A DNA stretch of 64,000 nt. Source: Coleofasciculus sp. B1-GNL1-01. GTDB taxonomy: Bacteria; Cyanobacteriota; Cyanobacteriia; Cyanobacteriales; Coleofasciculaceae. The position numbers were made by a program, and so were the translations under genes. Numbering within the stretch: position 1 is the stretch's first letter; each line of letters begins with the position of its first letter. This document shows, in pieces, positions 10,045 to 20,348 of this stretch. The stretch lies in the NCBI GenBank assembly GCA_040220235.1, contig JAVJTO010000119.1; one strand, 5' to 3'. A model generated the notes under the pieces. The model saw nothing but the letters and a program-made list of their open reading frames with translations. It was not told where the DNA came from and ran no database searches.

Positions 10045-10920
10045 ATGCCCGAACTCGATATCGACAGTATGCTGCAGTTAGACTCTCAATTCCAAGCGAC
10101 GACAATGCCTCAATCGACGAAAACCGCCATCATTGTTATTGGTGGTGCGGAAGATAAAGTTCATGGACGGGAGATCCTGCAAACCTTTTTTCGTCGGTCG
10201 GGTGCAGGTGAGGCGCGAATTGCGATTATTCCATCGGCGTCGCGAGAACCCGCAATTATTGGCGATCGCTATCAGCGGATTTTTGAGGATATGGGGGCTA
10301 AGGAGATTAAAGTCCTGGATGTGCGCGATCGCGCTCAAGGGTCGGATTCCTATTTACAAGAGTATGTGGAAACCTGTACGGGTGTATTCATGACCGGTGG
10401 AGATCAACTGCGCTTGTGCGGGTTGCTCTCGGATACCCCGTTAATGGAAAAAGTCTGTCAACGGGTACATTTAGGGGAGATTACCTTAGCGGGAACCAGT
10501 GCAGGTGCGGCGGTGATGGGTCATCACATGATTGCTGGCGGCGGGAGTGGTGAATCCCCGAATCGCTCCTTAGTCGATATGGCAACGGGTTTGGGGATTA
10601 TTCCGGAAGTGATCGTCGATCAGCATTTTCTGAATCGGAATCGTATCGCCCGCTTAATGAGTGCGATCGCCATGCACCCGGATCGCTTGGGAATCGGCAT
10701 CGATGAAGATACTTGTATCATCTTTGAGCGAGATGGTTGGTTACAGGTTATGGGCAAAGGAACGGTGACAATTATTGATCCCGGAGACGTGTCTCATACC
10801 AATCAGGTGGATATTGGCAGCACCGATCCCATTAGTCTGCATAACCTGCGAGTACATATTCTGTGCCATGGCGATCGCTATCATGTCTATAAACGGGCAT
10901 TAATGCCCATCAACAGCTAA
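10045..10920 (+). CDS. cphB: Cyanophycinase
   Basis: IGGAEDK, GGDQLRL, GTSAGA catalytic Ser, VDQHF and GIDEDT; lies upstream of cphA. Confidence 0.96.
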   Translation: MPELDIDSMLQLDSQFQATTMPQSTKTAIIVIGGAEDKVHGREILQTFFRRSGAGEARIAIIPSASREPAIIGDRYQRIFEDMGAKEIKVLDVRDRAQGSDSYLQEYVETCTGVFMTGGDQLRLCGLLSDTPLMEKVCQRVHLGEITLAGTSAGAAVMGHHMIAGGGSGESPNRSLVDMATGLGIIPEVIVDQHFLNRNRIARLMSAIAMHPDRLGIGIDEDTCIIFERDGWLQVMGKGTVTIIDPGDVSHTNQVDIGSTDPISLHNLRVHILCHGDRYHVYKRALMPINS

Positions 10921-11315
10921 TGTATAACGGCAAGAGCAGGGATGTAGAGACGTAGCATGGTACGTCTCTACGAAGGTCAAAAATTGCCAATCGTTTCCGC
11001 AAAATGTTCATAGTGAACAGTTTGATGGGGTTGAACAGTCGGAAACTAGATAAGATTTACCATCCACTCAAAATGGGTGAATCCTGTCTGGGTAAGAGTA
11101 AACGACTCCCCCGATTACGTGAAGGACTTTTGAGAACCGCGAAAATGTAGAGACAATCTAAGTCGCGACACTTGGAAGTCTACGCTCTAATCTGAAGATC
11201 CAGGGTAGGAGGATGTCACGTAATGTTACAGAAATTCCTAAAATAGACTTTGCACAATCCCTAATTTGTGTCTCCTTGCCGACATTGTGAACCATCCCCG
11301 ATTTCATCACTAACT

Positions 11316-13997
11316 ATGAGAATTCTAAAAATCCAGACATTACGCGGTCCCAATTACTGGAGCATTCGACGCCACAAACTCATTGTCATGCGTCTTGATT
11401 TGGAGGAACTCATCGATAAACCCTCCAATGTACTGCCGGGATTCTACGAGGGACTGGTAGAGACGCTACCCAGTCTGGAAGAGCATTTCTGTTCTCCGGG
11501 TGTTCGGGGTGGGTTCTTAAGTCGGGTCAAAGAAGGCACGATGATGGGGCATATTATCGAACATGTGGCGCTGGAACTTCAGGAACTGGTGGGAATGCGC
11601 GTTGGGTTTGGTCGGACTCGGGAAACTGGGACAGCCGGAATTTATCAAGTTGTTTTTGAGTATATTGATGAACAGGCGGGTCGCTATGCAGCGAGGGCGG
11701 CTGTGCGCTTGTGCCAAAGTATTATCGATACCGGAACCTATCCGCAACGGGAGTTAGATCAAGATTTAAAAGACCTCACCGAACTGGCTCGCGATGCGGC
11801 GTTAGGACCGAGTACCGAAGCCCTGGTCAAAGAAGCCGACGCCCGAGGCATTCCTTGGCTTCCCCTAAGTGCCAGAGCCATGATTCAGCTTGGCTATGGG
11901 GTGCATCAGAAGCGAATTCAAGCCACATTGAGTGATTACTCCGGAATTTTAGGGGTGGAATTAGCCTGTGATAAGGAAGGGACGAAGCAGATTTTGCTGG
12001 ATGCGGGGGTTCCGGTTCCCCGAGGCGCAACGGTGCTGTATTTGGACGAATTAGACAGCGCGATCGAGTATGTGGGCGGTTTTCCGATCGTGATTAAACC
12101 CCTGGATGGTAATCATGGGCGGGGGATTACGATTGACATCCGCAACTGGGACGAAGCCGAAAAAGCTTACGATCGCGCTAAAGATATTTCCCGGGCGGTG
12201 ATTGTGGAGCGCTATTATCCCGGCTTTGACCATCGCGTCTTGGTGATTAACGGCAAAGTTGAAGCCGTCGCCCAGCGGATTCCGGCGCGTGTGATTGGCG
12301 ATGGTAAGTCCACGGTTGAGGAACTGATTGAACGGACGAACCGCGATCCCAATCGAGGAGAGGGTCATGATAACGTCCTGACGAAAATTATCGTTGATCA
12401 TACGAGTCTAAGTGTCTTAGAACGTCAGGGTTATCGCTTGGATACGGTTCTCAAAGAGGATGAAGTCTGTTATTTACGGGCAACGGCGAATCTAAGTACG
12501 GGGGGTGTGGCAATTGATCGGACGGACGATATCCACCCGGAAAACGTTTGGTTAGCGGAACGGGTGGCGAAAATTATTGGTCTGGATATTGCTGGCATTG
12601 ATATTGTCACGCCCGATATTACCCAACCTCTACGGGACATTGACGGCGTGGTGGTAGAAGTGAATGCTGCACCAGGATTCCGGATGCATGTCTGTCCCTC
12701 GGAAGGCTTACCGCGCAATGTCGCCGCCCCGGTGATGGATATGTTGTTTCCTCCAGGACAAGCCAGTCGGATTCCGATTCTGTCGGTGACAGGGACAAAC
12801 GGGAAAACGACCACCACTCGCTTACTTGCCCATATTTATAAGCAAACGGGTCATGTGGTTGGCTATACCACCACGGATGGGATTTATATAGGCGATCATC
12901 TGGTGGAAAAAGGAGATACGACTGGACCCCAAAGCGCTCAAGTAATTCTCAAAGATCCCACGGTTGAGGTGGCGGTATTGGAAACCGCACGAGGTGGGAT
13001 TCTGCGATCGGGGTTAGCCTTTGATGCCTGTGATGTGGGCGTTGTCTTAAATGTCTCGGCAGATCACTTGGGCATTGGTGACATTGATACCCTTGACCAG
13101 ATGGCGCATCTTAAGAGTGTAGTGGCTGAATCTGTGAGTCCAGCCGGTCATGCCGTTCTCAATGCTGAAGATCCGCTAGTCATGGCGATGGCACAGCGGG
13201 TCAAAGGGCATGTGGCATTTTTCTCCATGAATCCCGACAACGAGGTGGTGAAAGCGCACACCCGACAGGGGGGTTTGGCGGCGGTGTATGAAAATGGCTA
13301 CTTGTCCTTAATCCGAGGCGAATGGACGCTGCGGATTGAGAAGGCGGAACATGTCCCGGTGACCATGCGGGGAATGGCACCGTTCCAAATTGCCAATGCT
13401 TTAGCCGCCAGTCTCGCCGCCTTTGCTCAAGGGGTTCCGATTGAGGCAATTCGTCATGCGTTGACCACATTCCGGGCGTCTGTGGCGCAGACACCGGGAC
13501 GGATGAATTTATTTAACCTGGGTGAGTATCATGCCTTAGTGGATTATGCCCATAATGCTGCCAGTTATGAAGCTGTGGGCGGCTTTGTCCGCAATTGGTC
13601 TGGGGAACGGGTTGGCGTCGTTGGTGGACCAGGCGATCGCCGAGATGAGGATTTCATTAACCTGGGACGACTCTCGGCGGAGATTTTTGACCGGATCATT
13701 ATTAAAGAAGATGCGGATTTACGGGGGCGTCCTAGTGGTGACGCGGCGGAGTTGATTCGCAAGGGAGTTCTGGAGACGAATCCGGATCAGGATTATGACA
13801 TTATTCTCAATGAAACCGACGCGATTAATACGGCGTTAGACGGCGTGACGTCCGGTGGTTTGGTGGTGATTTTCCCGGAAAAGGTGAGTGATACGATTGG
13901 CTTGATTGAGGAACGACGCCCTCTACCAGAGAATGGCTATCAGCCTGTGGGTGAGACTCAAGTGGATTTAAAGCCATCGGTGGCGAATCCGAGGTGA
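11316..13997 (+). CDS. cphA: Cyanophycin synthetase
   Basis: MRILKIQTLRGPNYWS start, ATP-grasp KPLDGNHGRG, Mur-ligase GTNGKTT, ETARGG and DYAHN. Confidence 0.97.
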   Translation: MRILKIQTLRGPNYWSIRRHKLIVMRLDLEELIDKPSNVLPGFYEGLVETLPSLEEHFCSPGVRGGFLSRVKEGTMMGHIIEHVALELQELVGMRVGFGRTRETGTAGIYQVVFEYIDEQAGRYAARAAVRLCQSIIDTGTYPQRELDQDLKDLTELARDAALGPSTEALVKEADARGIPWLPLSARAMIQLGYGVHQKRIQATLSDYSGILGVELACDKEGTKQILLDAGVPVPRGATVLYLDELDSAIEYVGGFPIVIKPLDGNHGRGITIDIRNWDEAEKAYDRAKDISRAVIVERYYPGFDHRVLVINGKVEAVAQRIPARVIGDGKSTVEELIERTNRDPNRGEGHDNVLTKIIVDHTSLSVLERQGYRLDTVLKEDEVCYLRATANLSTGGVAIDRTDDIHPENVWLAERVAKIIGLDIAGIDIVTPDITQPLRDIDGVVVEVNAAPGFRMHVCPSEGLPRNVAAPVMDMLFPPGQASRIPILSVTGTNGKTTTTRLLAHIYKQTGHVVGYTTTDGIYIGDHLVEKGDTTGPQSAQVILKDPTVEVAVLETARGGILRSGLAFDACDVGVVLNVSADHLGIGDIDTLDQMAHLKSVVAESVSPAGHAVLNAEDPLVMAMAQRVKGHVAFFSMNPDNEVVKAHTRQGGLAAVYENGYLSLIRGEWTLRIEKAEHVPVTMRGMAPFQIANALAASLAAFAQGVPIEAIRHALTTFRASVAQTPGRMNLFNLGEYHALVDYAHNAASYEAVGGFVRNWSGERVGVVGGPGDRRDEDFINLGRLSAEIFDRIIIKEDADLRGRPSGDAAELIRKGVLETNPDQDYDIILNETDAINTALDGVTSGGLVVIFPEKVSDTIGLIEERRPLPENGYQPVGETQVDLKPSVANPR

Positions 13998-14366
13998 TGG
14001 GAATTTGAGTTGGTTGGGCAAGGAGAAGCAGATGCGATCGCGATCGTAGTTCTTGTCGGTTGGGTAGAGCGTAAGCGAAACCCAACAGGCTCTTAGGAGA
14101 GAAAATCGGGGCGGGCGCGAGTCGCATCTGGGTGCGATCGCAACAATAAAGATGAAACCCGCCCCTACAGATATCTTTTCACTCTACTGGACTGACACAG
14201 CTAAAATTGTGGGATAGGTTTTATGGTTAAATCGGGCGCACGTCGGTGCGCCCCTACGGTTTCTTTGCCATAATTCTAAATCATCAAATATAGTATCCAT
14301 CTGATGCCTTAATGGGCTTGGTGACTGCTATAGCAGACATTGAGGTTTTGAATATAATAGCAAGCA

Positions 14367-15752
14367 ATGAAAATTCAAATCAAAAATCTTGGTGTTTTAA
14401 AGCAAGCCGAATTCACGCTTGGCGATTTGACAATCATTTGTGGTGGTAACAATACTGGCAAAACCTACGCCACTTATGCCCTGTTTGGTTTTTTGTATAG
14501 TTGGCGGCAGATATTTTCTATCGAGATCGACCCTGATAAAATCGAACAATTACTGGCAGAAGGTGCAGCTCGTATTGATATAACCGAATATATTGAACAA
14601 GCTCAACAGATTGTTCTTCAAGGGTGTCAAGACTATACCCAGCAATTATCAAAGATTTTTGCTACATCAGCAGACCGATTCAAAGAAACCGAATTTCATG
14701 TGAATTTGGACACCAAACATATTCAGCTAAACAGTCGATTTGAGCGGAGAATGAGTACCGCGAGTTCAGATATTTTTTCAATGACTAAAAGCGAAGAAAG
14801 CACAGAACTCGTTATCACCCTTTTAGTTGAACAAGAAAAAGCAAAGATACCAGTAGATATTATTGAACGGATTATTGCTGATGCCCTTAAAGACATCATC
14901 TTTGCCCAACTTCTACCTAACCCTTTCATTGCCAGCGCTGAACGGACAGGTGCTGCCATTTTTCGCAAAGAGTTGAATTTCGCCCGTAACCGCTTACTTG
15001 AAGAAATGGGTCAGGCTGATCAGCAGATCAATCCCATAGAGATTTTATTCAAAGATTATGAAGATTATGCACTGCCAATAAAAACCAATGTGGAGTTTAC
15101 CCGAAAACTAGAAAGCCTTGTCAAAAAAAGCAGTTTTATTGTTGATAACTATGCCGATGTATTGTCAGATTTTGCTGACATCATCGGCGGTGAATATTCC
15201 GTCAGCCGTAACGATGAGCTTTATTACCAGCCAAAGGGAAAACGAGTCAAACTTGCCATGGATGAAAGTTCCAGTGCTGTGCGTTCCCTTCTATACATCG
15301 GTTTTTACCTGAACCACGAAGCCCAGCCCGGTGATTTACTCCTAGTAGATGAACCCGAGCTAAACTTGCATCCCGAAAACCAGCGCCGCATTGCACGGCT
15401 CTTTGCTCGACTGGTGAACCTTGGTATTAAGGTTTTTATCACCACCCACAGCGATTATCTTATTAAAGAATTGAATACGCTGATCATGTTAAACCATGAC
15501 AAACCACATCTTCAGCGTATTGCTAAAGAAGAAGGTTATCAGAAAGCGGAACTGCTCCGTGCTGAAAAGGTTAAAGTCTATATTGCAGAAGAAGCATGGA
15601 TACAACTAGAGGGAAAGACGAAAAAATCTAAATGCCAAACCCTTACGCCAGCCAATATCGATCCAGAATTTGGTATTGAAGCCCACAGCTTCGATAGAAC
15701 TATTGAAACAATGAACCGAATTCAGGAAGCGATTGTCTGGGGTGAGGAGTAA
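14367..15752 (+). CDS. ABC/SMC-type ATPase (AAA_15/AAA_21-like)
   Basis: Walker A GGNNTGKT, signature-like SSSAVRS, Walker B LLLVDEPELNLHP and switch TTHS. Confidence 0.88.
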   Translation: MKIQIKNLGVLKQAEFTLGDLTIICGGNNTGKTYATYALFGFLYSWRQIFSIEIDPDKIEQLLAEGAARIDITEYIEQAQQIVLQGCQDYTQQLSKIFATSADRFKETEFHVNLDTKHIQLNSRFERRMSTASSDIFSMTKSEESTELVITLLVEQEKAKIPVDIIERIIADALKDIIFAQLLPNPFIASAERTGAAIFRKELNFARNRLLEEMGQADQQINPIEILFKDYEDYALPIKTNVEFTRKLESLVKKSSFIVDNYADVLSDFADIIGGEYSVSRNDELYYQPKGKRVKLAMDESSSAVRSLLYIGFYLNHEAQPGDLLLVDEPELNLHPENQRRIARLFARLVNLGIKVFITTHSDYLIKELNTLIMLNHDKPHLQRIAKEEGYQKAELLRAEKVKVYIAEEAWIQLEGKTKKSKCQTLTPANIDPEFGIEAHSFDRTIETMNRIQEAIVWGEE

Positions 15753-16309
15753 TGTCTGATATTGCTATCCTCAAAGAGATGATTAAAGACACCGCGACAG
15801 TGCCATTAACGAAAAATAATTACGGCAAAAATCAAGTTATTCTCGAAGAAGCAAGTGACTACTCTGTCACGGTTAATGGGATGCCCGATAATGATCAAGT
15901 TATTGTGATCAAAACAGATGCTTTTAGCGCATCTAATGCCGTTTTCAAAGGCAATCGTGGTGAATGCAAACGTGCAGATTTTGTCATCATTGCTGACACG
16001 GACACTAAAAAGCGCATCATCTTTATTGAACTTAAAGCGAAGAAAGACTCAGAGACAGAAATTATACAGCAACTGACTGGCGCACAGTGTTTTGTGGCGT
16101 ATTGTCAGGAAATCGGGAGAAAGTTTTGGCAGCAAAAAAGTTTTCTTGACAATTATCAGTCTCGTTTCGTTAGTATCGGTCATATCAACGTTCCCAAGAG
16201 AAAAACACGCATCGAACGGTCAACTGACAATCATGATAGTCCTGAGCGGATGTTAAAAATTGACTGGCCCGATTATATTGAATTCAATCACTTGGCTGGA
16301 CGGAAATAA
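15752..16309 (+). CDS. Hypothetical protein with PD-(D/E)xK nuclease-like motif
   Basis: TAATG overlap with the ATPase gene; motif KRADFVII...FIELK. Confidence 0.7.
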   Translation: MSDIAILKEMIKDTATVPLTKNNYGKNQVILEEASDYSVTVNGMPDNDQVIVIKTDAFSASNAVFKGNRGECKRADFVIIADTDTKKRIIFIELKAKKDSETEIIQQLTGAQCFVAYCQEIGRKFWQQKSFLDNYQSRFVSIGHINVPKRKTRIERSTDNHDSPERMLKIDWPDYIEFNHLAGRK

Positions 16310-16446
16310 GCGCTGAATCATACTAGAGAATGGGTATCACTTCACAGTAGAGATGGTTCAATAAGTATTGTGGTGAACGTAGGAAGCAGTAGGAGACACA
16401 GAGCGCGATCGCGAACCGGCGTTTAGGCGCGATCGCACTTTGCTAA

Positions 16447-16524
16447 CTAAGCGATGGTAAGATTGACTGTGGCAGTAGCTGTGCCACCATTACCATCTAA
16501 GATAATATTGGTGAAATTATCGTA
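16447..16524 (-). pseudogene. Ig-like (tandem-95/cadherin-like) repeat fragment
   Basis: Translates YDNFTNIILDGNGGTATATVNLTIA*. Confidence 0.55.
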
Positions 16525-16544
16525 CCGATGTGCGCCCGGAAAAT

Positions 16545-17276
16545 TTAGCGAATCGAAATAAAATCCGCCTCACTCAAGAGGTTAGCATTCACTCCCTGGA
16601 GAATTGCTAACGTCTCCTGTTCAAAACCAATCAGCGTATTTTTTCCATCTTGAGTAATCGATAACTGACCAAAAGTGAGACCCTCGGCTAAGCCAATTAA
16701 ATCCTCACCGTCTTGGAAATCAACAATTGTATCTGTACCTTCATTCATAGCAATGATAAAAGTATCGCTACCACCACCACCAGAGAAGTCATCCCCTGTG
16801 AGGGTATCATGACCGAGACCGCCGCGCAGGATGTCATCCCCATCATCCCCCCAGATTTGGTCATCGCCAGCTTCACCCCAGAGTTAGTCATTACCGCCTT
16901 TGCCACCGATGCGGTCATTGCCCTCACCACCGAAAATGATATCATCGCCACCGATACCAACTTGGGGGGAGCGTTGGTTCAAGTCACCGCGTAAGACATC
17001 ATCCCCGTCACTGCCGAAGATGGCGTTTAGTTCAGACAAGTTGAGTGAAGCCTTGAAACCTTCGCTGTGACCAAACACCACATAAGTTTCTCCTGCCGCC
17101 AAGTTACCATTGGGGTCAGCACCGAATGCACCAATAATCAAGTCATCAATGCCATCCCCATTGATATCTCCTGCTCCACTGACCGAACGACCTGAGCGAT
17201 CCCGCTGATCAATGCCGTTGATGACAAAGCCATTGCTACCATCCAATTCACTAAGATTCAAAAATGCAGTTGCCAT
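16545..17276 (-). pseudogene. FG-GAP + RTX Ca-binding repeat protein, internally deleted with a premature stop
   Basis: FG-GAP AGDINGDGIDDLIIGA and GGxGxD repeats; in-frame TAA at 16884-16886, after which the frame continues into the 16545-16748 ORF. Confidence 0.8.
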
Positions 17277-17294
17277 AGTGTTGATCCTTTCGTT

Positions 17295-17702
17295 AATTTC
17301 GCGCTTCTATGGTTCTATTCGTCCCAGAAGCCACTGTTTTCTGCACAAGGGTGAGAAAATGGGGAATACTGTTAAGTTTTGTAACAAAAACTGGAGTTTG
17401 GCATAATCGTCTCACCATTGACCCGACTACTAGATCAAAGCAGATGATTTGATCAACCAGAGTTATAGGGATTCGAGTGTCTTGATATTATGGTGGGTAA
17501 TCAGCAACTCAATGAAGAACTCAGGCAGGTAGTCATCAAAGCACAACAGCATCCTGCTAATACGAAAATGCGGCAAATGAAAAGACGATTTATTGATGCT
17601 ATTAATGAGACATTCAGCTCATTTGTTAAACCTAGCAATTGTTGCAATAAAAGACTGGGCAATGAAAATCTAGAACAAGTTGTAGTATCAGACTTAAATC
17701 CT
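17295..17702 (+). repeat. Diverged direct duplicate of 28541-29151 (promoter region plus 5' part of sigma-like gene)
   Basis: Long near-identical blocks such as GTAACAAAAACTGGAGTTTGGCATAATCG...TGATATTATGGTGGGTAATCAGCAACTCAAT; lacks 28834-29025. Confidence 0.95.
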
Positions 17703-17765
17703 CTTGGCTCTTCTAGAGTGGTTATGATAAATTACCTGATACTAGTATTCAACAGGCTACATTCC

Positions 17766-19079
17766 ATGAAACATAAGAAAATTGCATCTGTCATACTTTT
17801 AGCTTCCATCCTCATTGCCTATCCTACATCTGCTCAGAATAAAGAAACTTCTCGGCGGGAACTATACATTCTTTGCTCAAAATTTCCCCTAAATTCTCAA
17901 TGTAAAGGACTAGAAATTCCCATTCCCTTAGATGAACGCAGTGGTGAAGAGGCTGGCTGTTCCTTACTTTCTGGCAATAGTAATCAAAGTGGGAAGTGCA
18001 AGGTAGTGGCAACAGAAGAAAGTTTGACTGTATACCTGGAGGATGAAGAAGGAGAACCCATTGAGTTTTTGGATAACCAACTTCCCAGTTTAGAGATTAA
18101 AATCTTTTTTGAGACTGTCTTTGCTCAGAATTACCAAATTTGGAATAAAGTTCACAGGTTAGAATTTGGCTACCTTGTGAAACCCGATTCTAATCAAGGC
18201 AATCGCACCAAATTTCTAACAATTCTCACCAATGAAAACCTCCCAAATTCTCTAAACACTCAACTCAGTCTAACTCCTACATCCGCAGAACTCTTATCCC
18301 AGAGCCAAGTAAACACTCTCTCAAATTTCTCTTCTCCAGTACAGCGATTATTAGAAACTAAAGAATGTATACGGTGTGATCTACGCGGTGCTGACTTGGC
18401 TGGTGCTAATTTAAATGAGGCTAACTTGGAAGGTGCGAGTCTGCAAGGAGCCAATCTACAAGGTACCACACTTGTGAGAGCTTACCTGGTTGGCGCGAAC
18501 CTCAGCCAAGCTAATCTCACTGAAGTGGTTCTCACAGGAAGTAATCTCACCTTAGCCTCGCTTACTGAGTCGAGCTTGGAAGGTGCAGACCTGAGTGCTG
18601 CGAATCTACAAGGTGCTAATCTACAACTGGCTAATCTCAAGGGAGCCAAATTGATTGCACCTACTTTGATACAAGATGCTGATCTAAGAAATACCAACTT
18701 GGAAGATGCCAACATTCAAGGTGCAAACTTGGAAAGAGCCAACCTAGAAGGAGCAAATCTGCAAGGATCAAACCTCAGCGATATTTCAATTCGTTTGCAG
18801 GATATACCTGGTAATTACAGTTTTGGTGAATTTTTGCTTGATCTTGCAATTGGTTTTCCTATTAGCAACAGAGGTACAAAATTTTACACTAACCTACGTA
18901 ATGTGAACCTGAGAAATGCGACCTTGACAGGGGTTAACTTGGAAGATGCCTTACTAGACGGTGCAGATTTAAGCAATGCCAATCTCAGTGAGGCAAAATT
19001 GAATGATGTGGATTTATCAGGTGCAAACTTGTGTGGTGCAACTATGTCTGACGGTTCTACTTCCAATCTAGGCTGCTAG
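17766..19079 (+). CDS. Secreted pentapeptide repeat protein
   Basis: Signal peptide MKHKKIASVILLAS..., RLLETKECIRCDL and many A(D/N)LxG repeats; the ORF extends upstream to 17490 through the duplicated sigma fragment. Confidence 0.88.
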   Translation: MKHKKIASVILLASILIAYPTSAQNKETSRRELYILCSKFPLNSQCKGLEIPIPLDERSGEEAGCSLLSGNSNQSGKCKVVATEESLTVYLEDEEGEPIEFLDNQLPSLEIKIFFETVFAQNYQIWNKVHRLEFGYLVKPDSNQGNRTKFLTILTNENLPNSLNTQLSLTPTSAELLSQSQVNTLSNFSSPVQRLLETKECIRCDLRGADLAGANLNEANLEGASLQGANLQGTTLVRAYLVGANLSQANLTEVVLTGSNLTLASLTESSLEGADLSAANLQGANLQLANLKGAKLIAPTLIQDADLRNTNLEDANIQGANLERANLEGANLQGSNLSDISIRLQDIPGNYSFGEFLLDLAIGFPISNRGTKFYTNLRNVNLRNATLTGVNLEDALLDGADLSNANLSEAKLNDVDLSGANLCGATMSDGSTSNLGC

Positions 19080-19230
19080 TATCTGTTTGTGCCATTATGC
19101 CAAAGTCCAAATCCGTTCAAGGGTGTACATTGTACACCCACTGATTGTCAGGTTATCTTTTTGCGCTTACGCATAAACCCAAAATCTTCAACAGCAGCTT
19201 TTTACCTTGATTATTCTTTGGGCAGTTAAT

Positions 19231-19357
19231 TACTGGACTTTAGACTAAATTTTGGCATTTGAAGAAACTGAATTACAAGCAACGAAGGCTTGAAACCCAG
19301 ACCCAAAGGGCTATAGAGTCTTGGGAAGGCTCTGTTGAATTAGTCTAAAGTCCAGTG
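19231..19357. mobile_element. MITE
   Basis: Perfect 17-bp terminal inverted repeats ACTGGACTTTAGACTAA ... TTAGTCTAAAGTCCAGT. Confidence 0.75.
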
Positions 19358-19458
19358 TTAAGTTTTCTTTGCAAAATTCCTTTTTGGCATAAAATAACTC
19401 TTAACCGTCAGAATTAATAAACGAAGGTTGAGCAAATAAAGAAGTACTATCCGTTACT

Positions 19459-20076
19459 ATGACTCGAACTCGCTTATTTACCCAACTCACGCTAACGGTT
19501 GTCACCCTTCTGGGATTAACCTTTACCTCATCCCTTGCCCTTGCCAATTTCTTAGCTTTCTCACCCGTATTTACCCAAACTCAGAATACTTCAAAGGCTG
19601 AAGCCGATAGACTATTACAGCAGGGGATTCAGCAACGGCAAAGGAGTCAATTCCGGGAGGCGATTGAGTTTTGGCAAAAGTCTTTATCTATTTATCAAAA
19701 AATTGGTGATAGGCAAGGTGAAGCGGCTTCCCTCAATAATTTGGGATCAGCTTATCAACGTCTATCCCAATACGAAAAAGGGATTGAACTTTATCAGCAA
19801 GCTTTGCCAATCTTTCAAGAAATTGGCGATAGGCAAGGTGAAGCTAGCTCTCTCAATAATTTGGGATTAGCTTATAGGAATCTATCCCAATACGAAAAAG
19901 GGATTGAATTTTTTCAGCAAGCTTTGCTAATCTTTCAAGAAATTGGCGATAGAAGAAGCGAAGCGGGAACTCTAAGCAGTTTAGGACTAGTTTACCGCGC
20001 CTTAGGACAAGAACAGAAAGCCAGAGAATTATTTGAGCAATCTCAAGCCATCAAGCAAGAAATCGGGATAGATTAA
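19459..20076 (+). CDS. Secreted tetratricopeptide repeat protein
   Basis: Signal peptide; 40-aa repeats GDRQGEAASLNNLG..Y.. Confidence 0.9.
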   Translation: MTRTRLFTQLTLTVVTLLGLTFTSSLALANFLAFSPVFTQTQNTSKAEADRLLQQGIQQRQRSQFREAIEFWQKSLSIYQKIGDRQGEAASLNNLGSAYQRLSQYEKGIELYQQALPIFQEIGDRQGEASSLNNLGLAYRNLSQYEKGIEFFQQALLIFQEIGDRRSEAGTLSSLGLVYRALGQEQKARELFEQSQAIKQEIGID

Positions 20077-20348
20077 AATAAAGAGGCTCTTTTGGACTTA
20101 CTATGCCCATTGGTGACAAGCATCTCAAACGCTTGTCGGAAAATCCCGCGATCGCCCCAAATCCGGGTAAGCGTCTCTTATATGTCTTGCCGAACCGTCT
20201 GGAGAAACTGTTGAATTAATTCAACAGTTTTGGGTGACGACGCGATTAGCGGTAAGATGGGAGCCAGAACAAAACAGGGATTCATACTGGATCAGCCTAG
20301 TATCCAAGCCTTTGAACGGAAACCAAAACCACCGAAGGAAGGTTAATC

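Noticed and set aside
10921..11315. ncRNA or riboswitch between cphB and cphA
   Set aside because: Apart from one REP hairpin I recognised no structure or motif; it is probably promoter/UTR.
19700..19960. 120-bp direct repeat
   Set aside because: Explained by tandem 40-aa TPR units.
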